Notes under the pieces: model-generated
What the model was told of the DNA's origin: nothing
The model's input: the letters and a program-made list of their open reading frames with translations, nothing else
Databases searched by the model: none
Assembly (NCBI GenBank): GCA_041743855.1
Contig: JBGTLX010000071.1
Coordinates: 1 to 42,253, forward strand
Origin: Rhizobiaceae bacterium
Lineage (GTDB): Bacteria; Pseudomonadota; Alphaproteobacteria; Rhizobiales; Rhizobiaceae
Direction of reading: 5' to 3'
Length of the DNA stretch: 42,253 nt
Shown here: one piece after another, positions 9,673 to 18,499 of the stretch
Layout: every line of letters begins with the position of its first letter
Numbering within the stretch: position 1 is the stretch's first letter
Made by a program: the position numbers and the translations under genes

Positions 9673-10859
9673 ACAGCATGACACCAAAGGCCAGTCAGGC
9701 CCCTGCCGCGCGAGCGCAACAGGAAGACGGCGAGATCCGGCTGGTCGGGCTGACCAAGCAGTTCGGCAATTCTTATGCGGTGCAGAACATCGACCTGACG
9801 ATCCCGCACGGTTCCTATTGCTGCCTGCTTGGGCCGTCCGGCTGCGGCAAGACGACGATCCTGCGCATGATCGCCGGTCACGAAACCCCAACCTCGGGCG
9901 AGATATACATTGGCGACCAGATGGTCGTCGGCAAGCCGCCGGTCGAACGCGGCACGGCCATGATGTTCCAGAGCTACGCCCTTTTTCCCCACCTCTCCAT
10001 CCTCGACAACGTCGCCTTCTATCTGAAGATGCGCAATGTCGGCAAAGAGGAGCGGCGGCAGAAGGCGCAGGAGATGCTGCAACGAGTCCAGCTCAACCAT
10101 CTGAAGGACCGTATGCCGGCGCAATTGTCCGGCGGACAGCAGCAGCGCGTTGCGCTCGCCCGCTCGCTCATCACCAACCCGAAGGTCCTGCTGCTCGACG
10201 AACCGCTGTCGGCGCTCGATGAATTCCTGCGGCTGAAGATGCGCGGCGAACTGAAGAGCCTTCAGGACGAGCTCGGCATAACCTTCGTCCATGTGACCCA
10301 CACCCAGCCGGAGGCGATCGCGCTTGCCGACATGGTGGTGGTGATGGACACCGGCCGCATCGACCAGGCCGACACGGCCAACGTCATCTTCAATCGGCCG
10401 AAGACCCCTTATGTCGCGAGATTCATGGGCGGGCAGAACGTGCTGACCGGGACCGTCGAGAGCAGTGGTGGGGGCGTCGTCCGGCTCAAATCCTCGAACG
10501 GGTCGGTCTTCGAGGCGAAATCCGACGGAACCGCCGCCTCGCAAGAATCAAAGATGTCGATCGCCGTCAGGCGCGACCGAATCGCGATCCGCAGGGGCAA
10601 AGGCGAGGCGTCGCCGACCGATTTCAATTCGATCCCCGGCATTGTCGAGGCGACCGAATACCAGGGCAGCTACGTCAAGGTCACCATCAACATCGGCGGT
10701 GGAGTCTTCGTCGCGAACGTTTCCGATCAGGCTTACTTCGCCGAACCTGTCGGCATGGGCGATCCGGTCGTCGCCAGTTGGAACACGGACGATGTCCATG
10801 TCCTGAGCAAGGTCGATACCGGCGTTGCCGGCGATCCATATCTGGATGGAAGTCACTAG
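9669..10859 (+). CDS. ABC transporter ATP-binding protein (PotA-like)
   Basis: Walker A GPSGCGKTT, signature LSGGQQQRVALARS and Walker B VLLLDEPLSALD, plus a C-terminal TOBE-like extension. The start overlaps the permease stop (ATGA). Confidence 0.9.
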   Translation: MNSMTPKASQAPAARAQQEDGEIRLVGLTKQFGNSYAVQNIDLTIPHGSYCCLLGPSGCGKTTILRMIAGHETPTSGEIYIGDQMVVGKPPVERGTAMMFQSYALFPHLSILDNVAFYLKMRNVGKEERRQKAQEMLQRVQLNHLKDRMPAQLSGGQQQRVALARSLITNPKVLLLDEPLSALDEFLRLKMRGELKSLQDELGITFVHVTHTQPEAIALADMVVVMDTGRIDQADTANVIFNRPKTPYVARFMGGQNVLTGTVESSGGGVVRLKSSNGSVFEAKSDGTAASQESKMSIAVRRDRIAIRRGKGEASPTDFNSIPGIVEATEYQGSYVKVTINIGGGVFVANVSDQAYFAEPVGMGDPVVASWNTDDVHVLSKVDTGVAGDPYLDGSH

Positions 10860-11127
10860 ACCAATTCCAGGAGAAGTGGGAACCGGTTTTCCGTCCGGTA
10901 TTGCGACAAAAAAAGAAGTTATAAGAAGACAGGAAGCAACCAGGGGCTGCCGGCCGCAGGCGCGGCGTCGGAAACGAAGGTGATCGAGGAGCAGACGATG
11001 TAACGATCGAACGCGCACGGCAATATTGCTGTGCGTGAGGTGGGTTTATTTGTGATTTTACGCCGGCGGGCTCGAATGCTCGTCGCCAGCGTCTGAAGAG
11101 CTTTAGCCCGACTTTCGCGTCGATGCA

Positions 11128-12570
11128 ATGGCCGTCGAAGACAAGGTTGCGATCGAAATGGCACTACGGGAGCAGGAGCGAAACGTGACGGACATAGAAG
11201 ACATCGCCAGCCGGACCGCCGCGGGGATCGCTCTCGCCTATCGGTCAGGCGAGGCTGGGCCGGTGGAGGTGACGGAGTGCCTGCTCGACCGGATCGCGAA
11301 GGCGAGGGCCGAGAACGTCTTCATCACGGTTATGGCCGACCGGGCGCGCGCCGAGGCCGCAAAGGCGCAGGCGCGCTATGCATCCGGCGTCCCGCTGTCG
11401 CCGCTCGACGGCGTACCCATCGCCTGGAAGGACATCTTCGACGTTGCCGGCGCGCCGACGACCGCCGGCTCGAAACTGCTCGGTGCTGGCGCGGCAAAGA
11501 CCGCCGATCTGACTTGCGTCGCCAATGCGGCCGCGGCGGGCATGGTGGCTGTCGGCAAGCTCAACATGAGCGAATTCGCCTATTCGGGCCTTGGCCTCTA
11601 TCCGCACTTCGGCACGCCGCTCAACCCGAACGACCGAGCCACGCCGCGTTCGCCGGGCGGATCTTCGTCCGGCTGCGGCGTGGCGGTCGCCGGACGGCTG
11701 GTGCCCTGCGCCGTCGGCTCCGATACCGGCGGCTCGGTCCGCATTCCGGCAGCTTTCAACGGCGTCGTCGGGTACAAGACAAGCACGGGGCGTATCGATG
11801 CAGCCGGTCTGGTGCCGCTTGCCCGTTCATACGATACCATCGGTCCGCTGGCGCGGTCGGTGGAGGATTGCATCCTTCTGGATATGGCGATGCGCGGCGC
11901 CCTGACCACGCCAGTTCGCCGCGCCGATCCGCGTTCGTTCGTCGTGCTGGTGCCCGAAAACGTGGTGCTGGACGACGCGGAGAAGGCCGTCGTCGACAAT
12001 TTTGAGCGCACGCTGGAAGCACTCGCACGTGCCGGCGTTTCGGTGCGGCGCGAACGGGTTAGCACGCTCGACGAGATTCTCGACATGAATGCGCGCTACG
12101 GCACGCTCACCGCGGCGGAGGCCTATAGCGAGTATCGCGAGATCGTCGACGGCGACAAGGTCGATGCGATCGACAGGCGCGTCACGCGCCGCATCATGGA
12201 CGGCAAGAGGATGTCGGCCAATGACGTCCTCTCGATCCAGCGCGGACGGCAACGGCTGATTCCGAAATTCCTGGCGCAGCTCGGAGGGGCGCTTCTCGTC
12301 ATGCCGACGACGCCGATCACCGCGCCGGAAGTGGCGCCGCTGGAGGCTGACGACGATCTCTTCCATAAGGTCAATCTCAAGGCGCTGCGCAACACCATGC
12401 TCGGCAACGTTCTCGACCTTTGCGGCGTCGCGCTGCCCAATGGCCGCGACCGGAACAACATGCCGACGAGCATTCTTTTTTCTGCCGGCCATGGCGAAGA
12501 CGACAGGCTGCTTGGCTGCGCGCTCGAGGTCGAACGCATCGTTCGCGACATGAACGTCGCGGCAATCTGA
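11128..12570 (+). CDS. amidase-signature family amidase
   Basis: Contains GGSSSGCGVAVAGRLVPCAVGSDTGGSVRIPAAFNGVVGYKTS and the catalytic Lys context PIAWKDIFDVAG. The start is uncertain: in-frame alternatives are ATG 11158 and GTG 11185, the latter after GGAGCAGGAG. Confidence 0.85.
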   Translation: MAVEDKVAIEMALREQERNVTDIEDIASRTAAGIALAYRSGEAGPVEVTECLLDRIAKARAENVFITVMADRARAEAAKAQARYASGVPLSPLDGVPIAWKDIFDVAGAPTTAGSKLLGAGAAKTADLTCVANAAAAGMVAVGKLNMSEFAYSGLGLYPHFGTPLNPNDRATPRSPGGSSSGCGVAVAGRLVPCAVGSDTGGSVRIPAAFNGVVGYKTSTGRIDAAGLVPLARSYDTIGPLARSVEDCILLDMAMRGALTTPVRRADPRSFVVLVPENVVLDDAEKAVVDNFERTLEALARAGVSVRRERVSTLDEILDMNARYGTLTAAEAYSEYREIVDGDKVDAIDRRVTRRIMDGKRMSANDVLSIQRGRQRLIPKFLAQLGGALLVMPTTPITAPEVAPLEADDDLFHKVNLKALRNTMLGNVLDLCGVALPNGRDRNNMPTSILFSAGHGEDDRLLGCALEVERIVRDMNVAAI

Positions 12571-12592
12571 CGACAAGGCAAGGAGGAAAATC

Positions 12593-13003
12593 ATGGCCGA
12601 CAAACCACGTTCTGAAAGGTTTGAGCGCGGGCTGAAGACCCGCCGCGCGGTTCTCGGCGCCGAATATGTCGACCGCTCGCTGGAGCAGGCCGACGACTTC
12701 AACTGGTCTATGCAGCAATTGACCACCGAGTGGTGCTGGGACGGGGTATGGAACCGGCCGGGGCTTGACCACCGTTCCCGCTCCATACTCAATCTCGGCA
12801 TGCTCGCCGCCGCCAACCGGCCGCACGAATTCAAACTGCATATCCGGGGCGCCATCAACAATGGCCTAACCAAGGACGAGTTGAAGGAGATATTCCTGCA
12901 GATCGGGGTGTATTGCGGCGTGCCGGCAGTATTGCGGCGTGCCGGCAGCTCTCGACAGTTTCAAGATTGCCAAGGAGGTCTTCAAGGAATGGGAATTGAC
13001 TGA
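12593..13003 (+). CDS. carboxymuconolactone decarboxylase (PcaC-like) family protein, C-terminus replaced by a frameshifted tail
   Basis: RRAVLGAEYVDRSL...WNRPGLDHRSRSILNLGMLAAANRPHEFKLHIRGAINNGLTKDELKEIFLQIGVYCGVPA matches the gamma-CMD pattern. After GVPA the 19-bp duplication shifts the frame to the tail VLRRAGSSRQFQDCQGGLQGMGID. Confidence 0.75.
   Translation: MADKPRSERFERGLKTRRAVLGAEYVDRSLEQADDFNWSMQQLTTEWCWDGVWNRPGLDHRSRSILNLGMLAAANRPHEFKLHIRGAINNGLTKDELKEIFLQIGVYCGVPAVLRRAGSSRQFQDCQGGLQGMGID
12911..12948. repeat. perfect 19-bp tandem duplication (TATTGCGGCGTGCCGGCAG x2)
   Basis: Read directly: 12911-12929 is identical to 12930-12948. Removing one copy restores a continuous frame from the CMD ORF into the downstream dehydrogenase ORF. 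Confidence 0.95.
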
Positions 13004-13901
13004 ACCCTCGAAGCCCACGCTCGGGCCTGTCGCCTTCGTCGGCCTCGGCATGATGGGGCTGCCGATGTCCGCGCGGCTGCTTTCCGCCGGGTGCGCCGTG
13101 CGTGGGAGCGACCTTTCCGCCGGGGCGCGGAACACTTTTGCCGAGCGCGGCGGGCTACCCTTCGAAACCGCGCGGCAGGCGGCGCAAGGCGTCGCGATCT
13201 TGATCACCATGCTGCCCGACGGCGAGATCGTGCGCGATGCGCTGCTCGGGGAGGGCGGGGCGGCGGATGCTCTTGATGCCGGAGCGTTGGTCATCGACAT
13301 GAGTTCGTCGGCTCCGATGGAAACGCGGCGGCTTGCGGAGGATCTCGCCGCCAAAGGCATTTTCCTCATCGATGCGCCGGTCTCCGGTGGCGTCAGGAGA
13401 GCCGTCGACGGATCGCTGACGATCATGGCGGGCGGCGATCCCGGCCAGATCGAGCGGGCGCGGCCGTTGCTTCAGGCGATGGGCAATCACATCATCCCGA
13501 CCGGCCCGGTCGGCTCCGGCCACGCGGTCAAGGCGCTCAACAATTATGTCTCGGCGGCGGGGCTGGCGGCGGCCTGCGAGGCCGCCATCATCGCGGAAAA
13601 GTTCGGCGTCGATCCGAACGTGCTCGTCGATGTGCTCAACGTCTCGACCGGGCGCAACAATTCGACCGAAGTGAAGATGAAACCGTTCATCCTGTCCGGC
13701 TCATTCGCTTCCGGGTTTTCCATGGCGCTGATGGCCAAGGATCTCCGCGCGGCGGCCGATCTCGCCGGACAACTCGATCTCGAAGCCGAAGGCGCTCATG
13801 AGGCGGCAGCCCTATGGGCGAAAGCCTCGACGGCACTTGGCAAGAGCGCCGACCACACGGAAATCTACCGGTTTCTCGCCGGGGCCGGAAAAACAGACTG
13901 A
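12939..13901 (+). CDS. NAD(P)-dependent beta-hydroxyacid (3-hydroxyisobutyrate/6-phosphogluconate-like) dehydrogenase
   Basis: N-terminal dinucleotide fold VAFVGLGMMGLPMSARLL and family block GSGHAVKALNNYVSAAGL. The real start is uncertain (GTG 12939 or TTG 12996). The first ~18 codons are actually the displaced CMD C-terminus PAALDSFKIAKEVF. Confidence 0.8.
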   Translation: MPAALDSFKIAKEVFKEWELTEPSKPTLGPVAFVGLGMMGLPMSARLLSAGCAVRGSDLSAGARNTFAERGGLPFETARQAAQGVAILITMLPDGEIVRDALLGEGGAADALDAGALVIDMSSSAPMETRRLAEDLAAKGIFLIDAPVSGGVRRAVDGSLTIMAGGDPGQIERARPLLQAMGNHIIPTGPVGSGHAVKALNNYVSAAGLAAACEAAIIAEKFGVDPNVLVDVLNVSTGRNNSTEVKMKPFILSGSFASGFSMALMAKDLRAAADLAGQLDLEAEGAHEAAALWAKASTALGKSADHTEIYRFLAGAGKTD

Positions 13902-13913
13902 GGAGACGAAGCC

Positions 13914-14852
13914 ATGGCCCGGATTATCCACACCGCGTCCGCCCAGATGGGGCCGATTGCGAAATCCGAAACGCGCAAGGACACGGTCCGGCGCCTTCTC
14001 GCGCTGATGCGCGAGGCCAATGGGCGCGGCGCCGAACTCGTCGTCTTCACGGAGATGGCGCTGACCACCTTTTTCCCGCGCTGGCTGATCCAGGATGAGG
14101 CCGAGCTCGACAGCTACTATGAGGCCGCGATGCCGGGGCCCGACACGCAGCCGCTCTTCGACGAGGCGAAGAAGCTCGGCGTCGGTTTTTATCTCGGCTA
14201 CTCCGAACTGGTTGTGGAGGAGGGCCGCAAGCGCCGCTTCAACACCTCGATCCTGGTCGACCGTTCCGGCGCCATCATCGGCAAATACCGCAAGGTGCAT
14301 CTGCCCGGCCACGCCGAGCCGCAGCCGGGTCGCACGCACCAGCATCTGGAGAAGCGTTATTTCGAGCCCGGCGATGGCTTCAAGGTCTGGCGCGGCTTCG
14401 GCGGTGTGATGGGGATGTGCATCTGCAACGACCGCCGCTGGCCCGAAACATACCGCGTCATGGGCCTTCAGGGCGTCGAGATGGTCATGCTTGGCTATAA
14501 CACGCCATACGATCATACCGGCCATAAGGACATCGACAGCCTGACCCAGTTCCACAACCATCTGTCGATGCAGGCCGGCGCCTACCAGAATTCCACCTGG
14601 GTGATCGGCACGGCCAAATGCGGCGTCGAGGAAGGGTCGAACATGGTCGGGCAGAGCGCGATCATCGCGCCCTCGGGCGAGATCGTCGCGCAGGCGGTTT
14701 CGCTGGAGGACGAGATCATCACGGCGCGCTGCGACCTCGACCTCGGCACGCGCTATCGCGAGACGATCTTCAACTTCGCCAAGCACCGCGAGCCGGAGGC
14801 ATACAGGCTGATCGTCGAGCAAAAAGGAGCGGTGCCGCCGCCCGAAGTCTGA
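13914..14852 (+). CDS. hyuC: N-carbamoyl-D-amino-acid hydrolase (D-carbamoylase), nitrilase superfamily
   Basis: Glu-Lys-Cys triad contexts VVFTEMALTTFFPRW, GKYRKVHLPGH and GMCICNDRRWPE. From memory there is strong block-by-block resemblance to Agrobacterium D-carbamoylase (HLEKRYFEPGD, SMQAGAYQN, IFNFAKHREPEAY). Confidence 0.88.
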   Translation: MARIIHTASAQMGPIAKSETRKDTVRRLLALMREANGRGAELVVFTEMALTTFFPRWLIQDEAELDSYYEAAMPGPDTQPLFDEAKKLGVGFYLGYSELVVEEGRKRRFNTSILVDRSGAIIGKYRKVHLPGHAEPQPGRTHQHLEKRYFEPGDGFKVWRGFGGVMGMCICNDRRWPETYRVMGLQGVEMVMLGYNTPYDHTGHKDIDSLTQFHNHLSMQAGAYQNSTWVIGTAKCGVEEGSNMVGQSAIIAPSGEIVAQAVSLEDEIITARCDLDLGTRYRETIFNFAKHREPEAYRLIVEQKGAVPPPEV

Positions 14853-14911
14853 TCAGGGCTGACATTCCGGTTCCAGCCGGGCAGAATGAATTCCAATCAA
14901 GGAGAACGAGC

Positions 14912-16369
14912 ATGTCTACAGTCATCAAGGGCGGCACCATCGTCGCCGCGGACAGGACCTACGAAGCGGACGTCTTGATCGAGGGCGAAAAGATTGCCGC
15001 GATCGGCCCGAACCTGAAAGGCGACAAGGTGGTTGATGCAGGAGGCGCTTACATCATGCCGGGTGGCATCGATCCGCACACCCATCTCGAAATGCCCTTC
15101 ATGGGCACCACCGCGGCCGAAACCTGGGAGAGCGGCACATTCGCCGCGGTTTCGGGTGGAACCACGCTGGTCGTCGATTTCGTGATCCCGGGCCCGGACG
15201 GCATGCTCGTGGCACTCGACGACTGGGAGGCCAAGGCCAAGCGCCAAGCCTCGTCCGACTATTCGCTGCACATGTGCGTCAACGGCTGGTCCAAGAAGCA
15301 TTTTGACGAAATGCCCAAGGTGATCGAGCGCGGCATCAACACCTTCAAGCACTTCATGGCCTACAAGGGCGCGCTGATGGTGAACGACGACGAGATGTTC
15401 GCCTCGTTCCAGCGCTGCGCAGCGCTGGGCGCGCTACCGCTGGTCCATGCCGAGAATGGCGACATCGTCGCGGCCCTCCAGGAAAAATACATGACGGAAG
15501 GCTTGTCCGGCCCGGAGGCACATGCCTATTCGCGTCCGCCCGAAGTGGAAGGCGAGGCCACCAATCGCGCCATCATGATCGCCGATGCGGCCGGCGTGCC
15601 GGTCTACATCGTCCACACGTCGAGCGAGCAGGCGCACGAGGCGATACGCCGTGCGCGCCAGAAGGGCATGCGCGTCTATGGCGAGCCGCTGATCCAGCAT
15701 CTGACGCTCGACGAGAGTGAGTACATGAATAAGGAATGGGACTACGCGGCGCGGCGCGTCATGAGCCCGCCCTTCCGCGACAAGAAGCATCAGGATTCGC
15801 TGTGGGCGGGGCTTTCGTCCGGCTCGCTGCAGGTCGTGGCGACCGACCATTGCGCCTTCACGACCGAGCAGAAGCGCACCGGCATCGGCAATTTCACGAG
15901 AATCCCCAACGGCACCGGCGGGCTCGAAGACCGGCTGTCCGTGCTGTGGACCAAGGGCGTCGAGACGGGCCGCATCACGCCCAACGAATTCGTCGCCGTG
16001 ACCTCGACCAACATCGCGCAGATCCTCAACATCTATCCGCAGAAGGGCGCGATCCTGCCGGGTTCCGACGCCGACCTCGTGGTCTGGGATCCGAAACTGT
16101 CGAAGACGATCTCGGCGGTCAACCAGAAGTCGATCATCGACTACAACGTGTTCGAGGGCTTCAAGGTGAACGGCCAGGCGCGCTACACGCTGTCGCGCGG
16201 CGAGGTGGTCTGGTCATACGGCCAGAACTCGCAGCCGAGGCCCGGCTGCGGCAAGCTGGTCAAGCGCAAGGCTTTTCCAGCCGTCAGCAAGGCGCTGTCG
16301 ACATGGAAGGAACTGACCGCACCGCGCGCCGTGACGCGCTCGGCCGAGCACATGCCGATCGGGGTGTGA
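14912..16369 (+). CDS. hyuH: D-hydantoinase / dihydropyrimidinase (cyclic amidohydrolase)
   Basis: MSTVIKGGTIV...GGIDPHTHLEMPF (HxH), FKHFMAYKG (carboxylated Lys context), VHAENGD, IVHTSS and VATDHCAF. AAGGAGAA SD before the ATG at 14912. The long upstream ORF extension (from 14618) was rejected. Confidence 0.9.
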   Translation: MSTVIKGGTIVAADRTYEADVLIEGEKIAAIGPNLKGDKVVDAGGAYIMPGGIDPHTHLEMPFMGTTAAETWESGTFAAVSGGTTLVVDFVIPGPDGMLVALDDWEAKAKRQASSDYSLHMCVNGWSKKHFDEMPKVIERGINTFKHFMAYKGALMVNDDEMFASFQRCAALGALPLVHAENGDIVAALQEKYMTEGLSGPEAHAYSRPPEVEGEATNRAIMIADAAGVPVYIVHTSSEQAHEAIRRARQKGMRVYGEPLIQHLTLDESEYMNKEWDYAARRVMSPPFRDKKHQDSLWAGLSSGSLQVVATDHCAFTTEQKRTGIGNFTRIPNGTGGLEDRLSVLWTKGVETGRITPNEFVAVTSTNIAQILNIYPQKGAILPGSDADLVVWDPKLSKTISAVNQKSIIDYNVFEGFKVNGQARYTLSRGEVVWSYGQNSQPRPGCGKLVKRKAFPAVSKALSTWKELTAPRAVTRSAEHMPIGV

Positions 16370-16411
16370 ACGGGGACGGGATCGACACTCCCTTCCGTTT
16401 CGCTTCGCGAA

Positions 16412-16440
16412 CCGCCTCTCTCCATAGGGGGAGAGGGCGG
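16412..16440. other. GC-rich hairpin between convergent genes (rhizobial REP-like CTCTCC...GGAGAG motif)
   Basis: CCGCCTCTCTCC / GGAGAGGGCGG forms an ~11-bp stem with one bulge, 43 nt after the hyuH stop. There is no U-tract. Confidence 0.3.
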
Positions 16441-16449
16441 CCTTGGCTC

Positions 16450-17066
16450 ATGTCAATGCAGGGTCCATGTCCGAAGGATTCTGTACTCCGTCAGCCACAG
16501 CCTGCTTCGGGATCGATCGCGCGCGTCGGCAGGAATTGCGGATTGTAGGAAAGCGTGAGGTGCGGCTGGAACTCTTCCGGTACGCGGTATTGAAATCTAC
16601 GCAACCCGGCGCCGAGCGCCGCGTGCACAGATCCATCACCGGACCCTCATCCGCCAGTAGCACCAGCGGATGCTCCAGAGGCCTGCCCTTTTTGGAGATG
16701 CCCGGAAAGCTGCCCATGCGGCTGAAGGTGATATCGAAGGGCGGTATCTTGACCGTGCCGGCTGCCAGGCCTGCCGCAATTCGTCCTTGCTGCGCAGCCA
16801 TTGTGATCGCTGATATGCACGAGCGATGTGTGAAAGCGATCATTGAACAGAAGCCGGCCGGAAAGGCTGTACTCCTGCGATGCATCGCTGCCTGTCCGTT
16901 CGGCCGCTTGCTTTGCGGACGCGTCCGGGAACAGGCCAAACATCCGCTCGGGCCCTTGCGGCCTCGGCGACAGATCGGACAGGAAATCGAACTCGCCCTG
17001 TTTCAGAATAGGTATACCCCCGGCCAGACAAGCCGGCTCCACTACGAACAATAGGGAACAAATCAT
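16450..17066 (-). pseudogene. 2'-5' RNA ligase / 2H phosphoesterase (LigT-like) pseudogene with several frameshifts
   Basis: Family blocks are spread over three minus-strand frames. They are ERMFGLFPDASA...DRFHTSLVHISDH (first HxT/S motif), VKIPPFDITFSRMGSFPG...RPLEHPLVLLADEG, LHAALGAGLRRF...FQPHLTLSYNPQF (second HxT motif) and WLTEYRILRT. Confidence 0.7.
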
Positions 17067-17103
17067 AAACGCAACACGCGAGTCAACAATCGCGGCGCTG
17101 GAG

Positions 17104-18492
17104 CTAGATCAGCCGCCCGACCTCGTTGCGGTCGGCGATCGACCAGAGGTGCGGCATCAGTCGGTCAATGCCAGCGCTGTCGAGGCTCTTGCCGTAGGCG
17201 GCCAGCCGCCGGGCCTTGGTGTCGATCTCGTCGCGGGACAGCGTGTTGCCGGGATCGCCCTTCGGCTCGTCGACCCGGCCCTCCAGCACCTTGCCGTCGG
17301 TGGTCGTAACCGACACCTTGCCGATCCAGCGGTTGGGATAGGCGGCATCGACCTCGGCATCAAGCTTCATCTCGACGCGGTCGAGGAAGGACCGCGCCGG
17401 CGCATCCGCGAGATAGCCATCGAATTCCACCATGCCCGCCCGCCTGTGCGTGGCGATCAGGCCGAGCGTCGCCGGCATCGAGAATTTAGCCTGGTGGACG
17501 GTCACCGGATCGGTCACCGGACCGAGCACGTCGATCGCGCCCTGGTGGACATGCGCGGTCACGCGGGCGATGCTCTCTGGCGTCAGCTTGTTTGCCTCCA
17601 TCACCTGCCGCAGCGCGTCGGCGGCCGGATGCGTGTGACGGCATGAGGCGTGGAACTTGAACGAGGTTTCCAGCACCGCCCAGCGCGTACCGAGGCGACC
17701 GGTCAACTTCGCCGGATCGGCGTCGGTCGACATGCCCGCCGCCAAGCCTTGCTTGCCCTCGAGGACGCGCTTCGCGCCGGTGAAGCCGTCCTTCGCGAGG
17801 AATGCGGCCGCCAGCCCGTCGGCGGCTGCCTTTGCCGCGTGAAGCTGCTTGGAATCGGCCGCATCGCGCAGAAATTCCCAAAGCCCGGCGGCCTGCGTTC
17901 CCGCGGAGCCGATGGCGTGCAGCATTGCGGTTTCATCGAGGCCGAGAAGACCTCCCGTCGCCACCGCCGCCGCGATCGTGCCCGCCGTCCCCGTCGTGTG
18001 GAACACCTTGTAATGCGAACGGCCGAGGAACTCGCCGACGCGGATGCCCGCCTCGTAACCGGCGACCGAAGCAGCGATGAAATCGCGGCCCGACATGCCG
18101 AGATGCTGGGCGGTCGCCAGCGCCGCGGGAAAGACGACGGCCGCTGGATGGAACACGGAGCCGTTATGAACGTCGTCCTGCTCGGAAATGTGCGAGGCGG
18201 CGGCGTTGACCATGGCCGCAAACAGCGGCGAGGTCGTCCTGCGCGAGGCGAGCATCTCCGCCCGTCCATCCGGCGGACCCATCAAATCTGCGAATTTCTC
18301 GAGGATGGAGATCGCGCGCTGGCCGTGCCCCGACAACGTGGAGCCCACCCAGTCGACGAAGAAATCCACCGTCCGGTCGATGACCGGCTGGGGTATGTCC
18401 TCGTAGCGCAGCGTGGCCGCGAAAGCGGCGAGACCGGCGCTCTCCCGGCCGGTTGCTTTGGCCAGCAACGGGTTGATTTCGGTTGCGCTCAT
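17104..18492 (-). CDS. MmgE/PrpD family protein (2-methylcitrate dehydratase-like)
   Basis: About 462 aa from MSATEINPLLAK. Family blocks are AAMVNAAASHISEQDDVH, FHTTGTAGTIAAA, GSAGTQAAGLWEF and SFKFHASCRHTHPAADA. The 16-codon upstream extension was rejected. Confidence 0.85.
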   Translation of the reverse strand: MSATEINPLLAKATGRESAGLAAFAATLRYEDIPQPVIDRTVDFFVDWVGSTLSGHGQRAISILEKFADLMGPPDGRAEMLASRRTTSPLFAAMVNAAASHISEQDDVHNGSVFHPAAVVFPAALATAQHLGMSGRDFIAASVAGYEAGIRVGEFLGRSHYKVFHTTGTAGTIAAAVATGGLLGLDETAMLHAIGSAGTQAAGLWEFLRDAADSKQLHAAKAAADGLAAAFLAKDGFTGAKRVLEGKQGLAAGMSTDADPAKLTGRLGTRWAVLETSFKFHASCRHTHPAADALRQVMEANKLTPESIARVTAHVHQGAIDVLGPVTDPVTVHQAKFSMPATLGLIATHRRAGMVEFDGYLADAPARSFLDRVEMKLDAEVDAAYPNRWIGKVSVTTTDGKVLEGRVDEPKGDPGNTLSRDEIDTKARRLAAYGKSLDSAGIDRLMPHLWSIADRNEVGRLI

Positions 18493-18499
18493 GATCGCC

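Noticed and set aside
8854-9891. 345-aa minus-strand ORF over the second permease gene
   Set aside because: It is a shadow ORF opposite a clearly hydrophobic permease frame. The translation is Arg/Asp/Glu-rich with no motifs.
13812-14822. 336-aa minus-strand ORF over the D-carbamoylase gene
   Set aside because: It is antisense to an ORF carrying the full nitrilase-superfamily catalytic triad, and has no motifs of its own.
14618-14911. Long upstream extensions of several ORFs in the track (14618, 6458, 28834, 30298, 31692, 2447, 22245, 40309)
   Set aside because: Each extension overlaps the preceding gene or lacks an SD. Internal starts with an SD and family-typical N-termini, or stop/start overlaps, were preferred.
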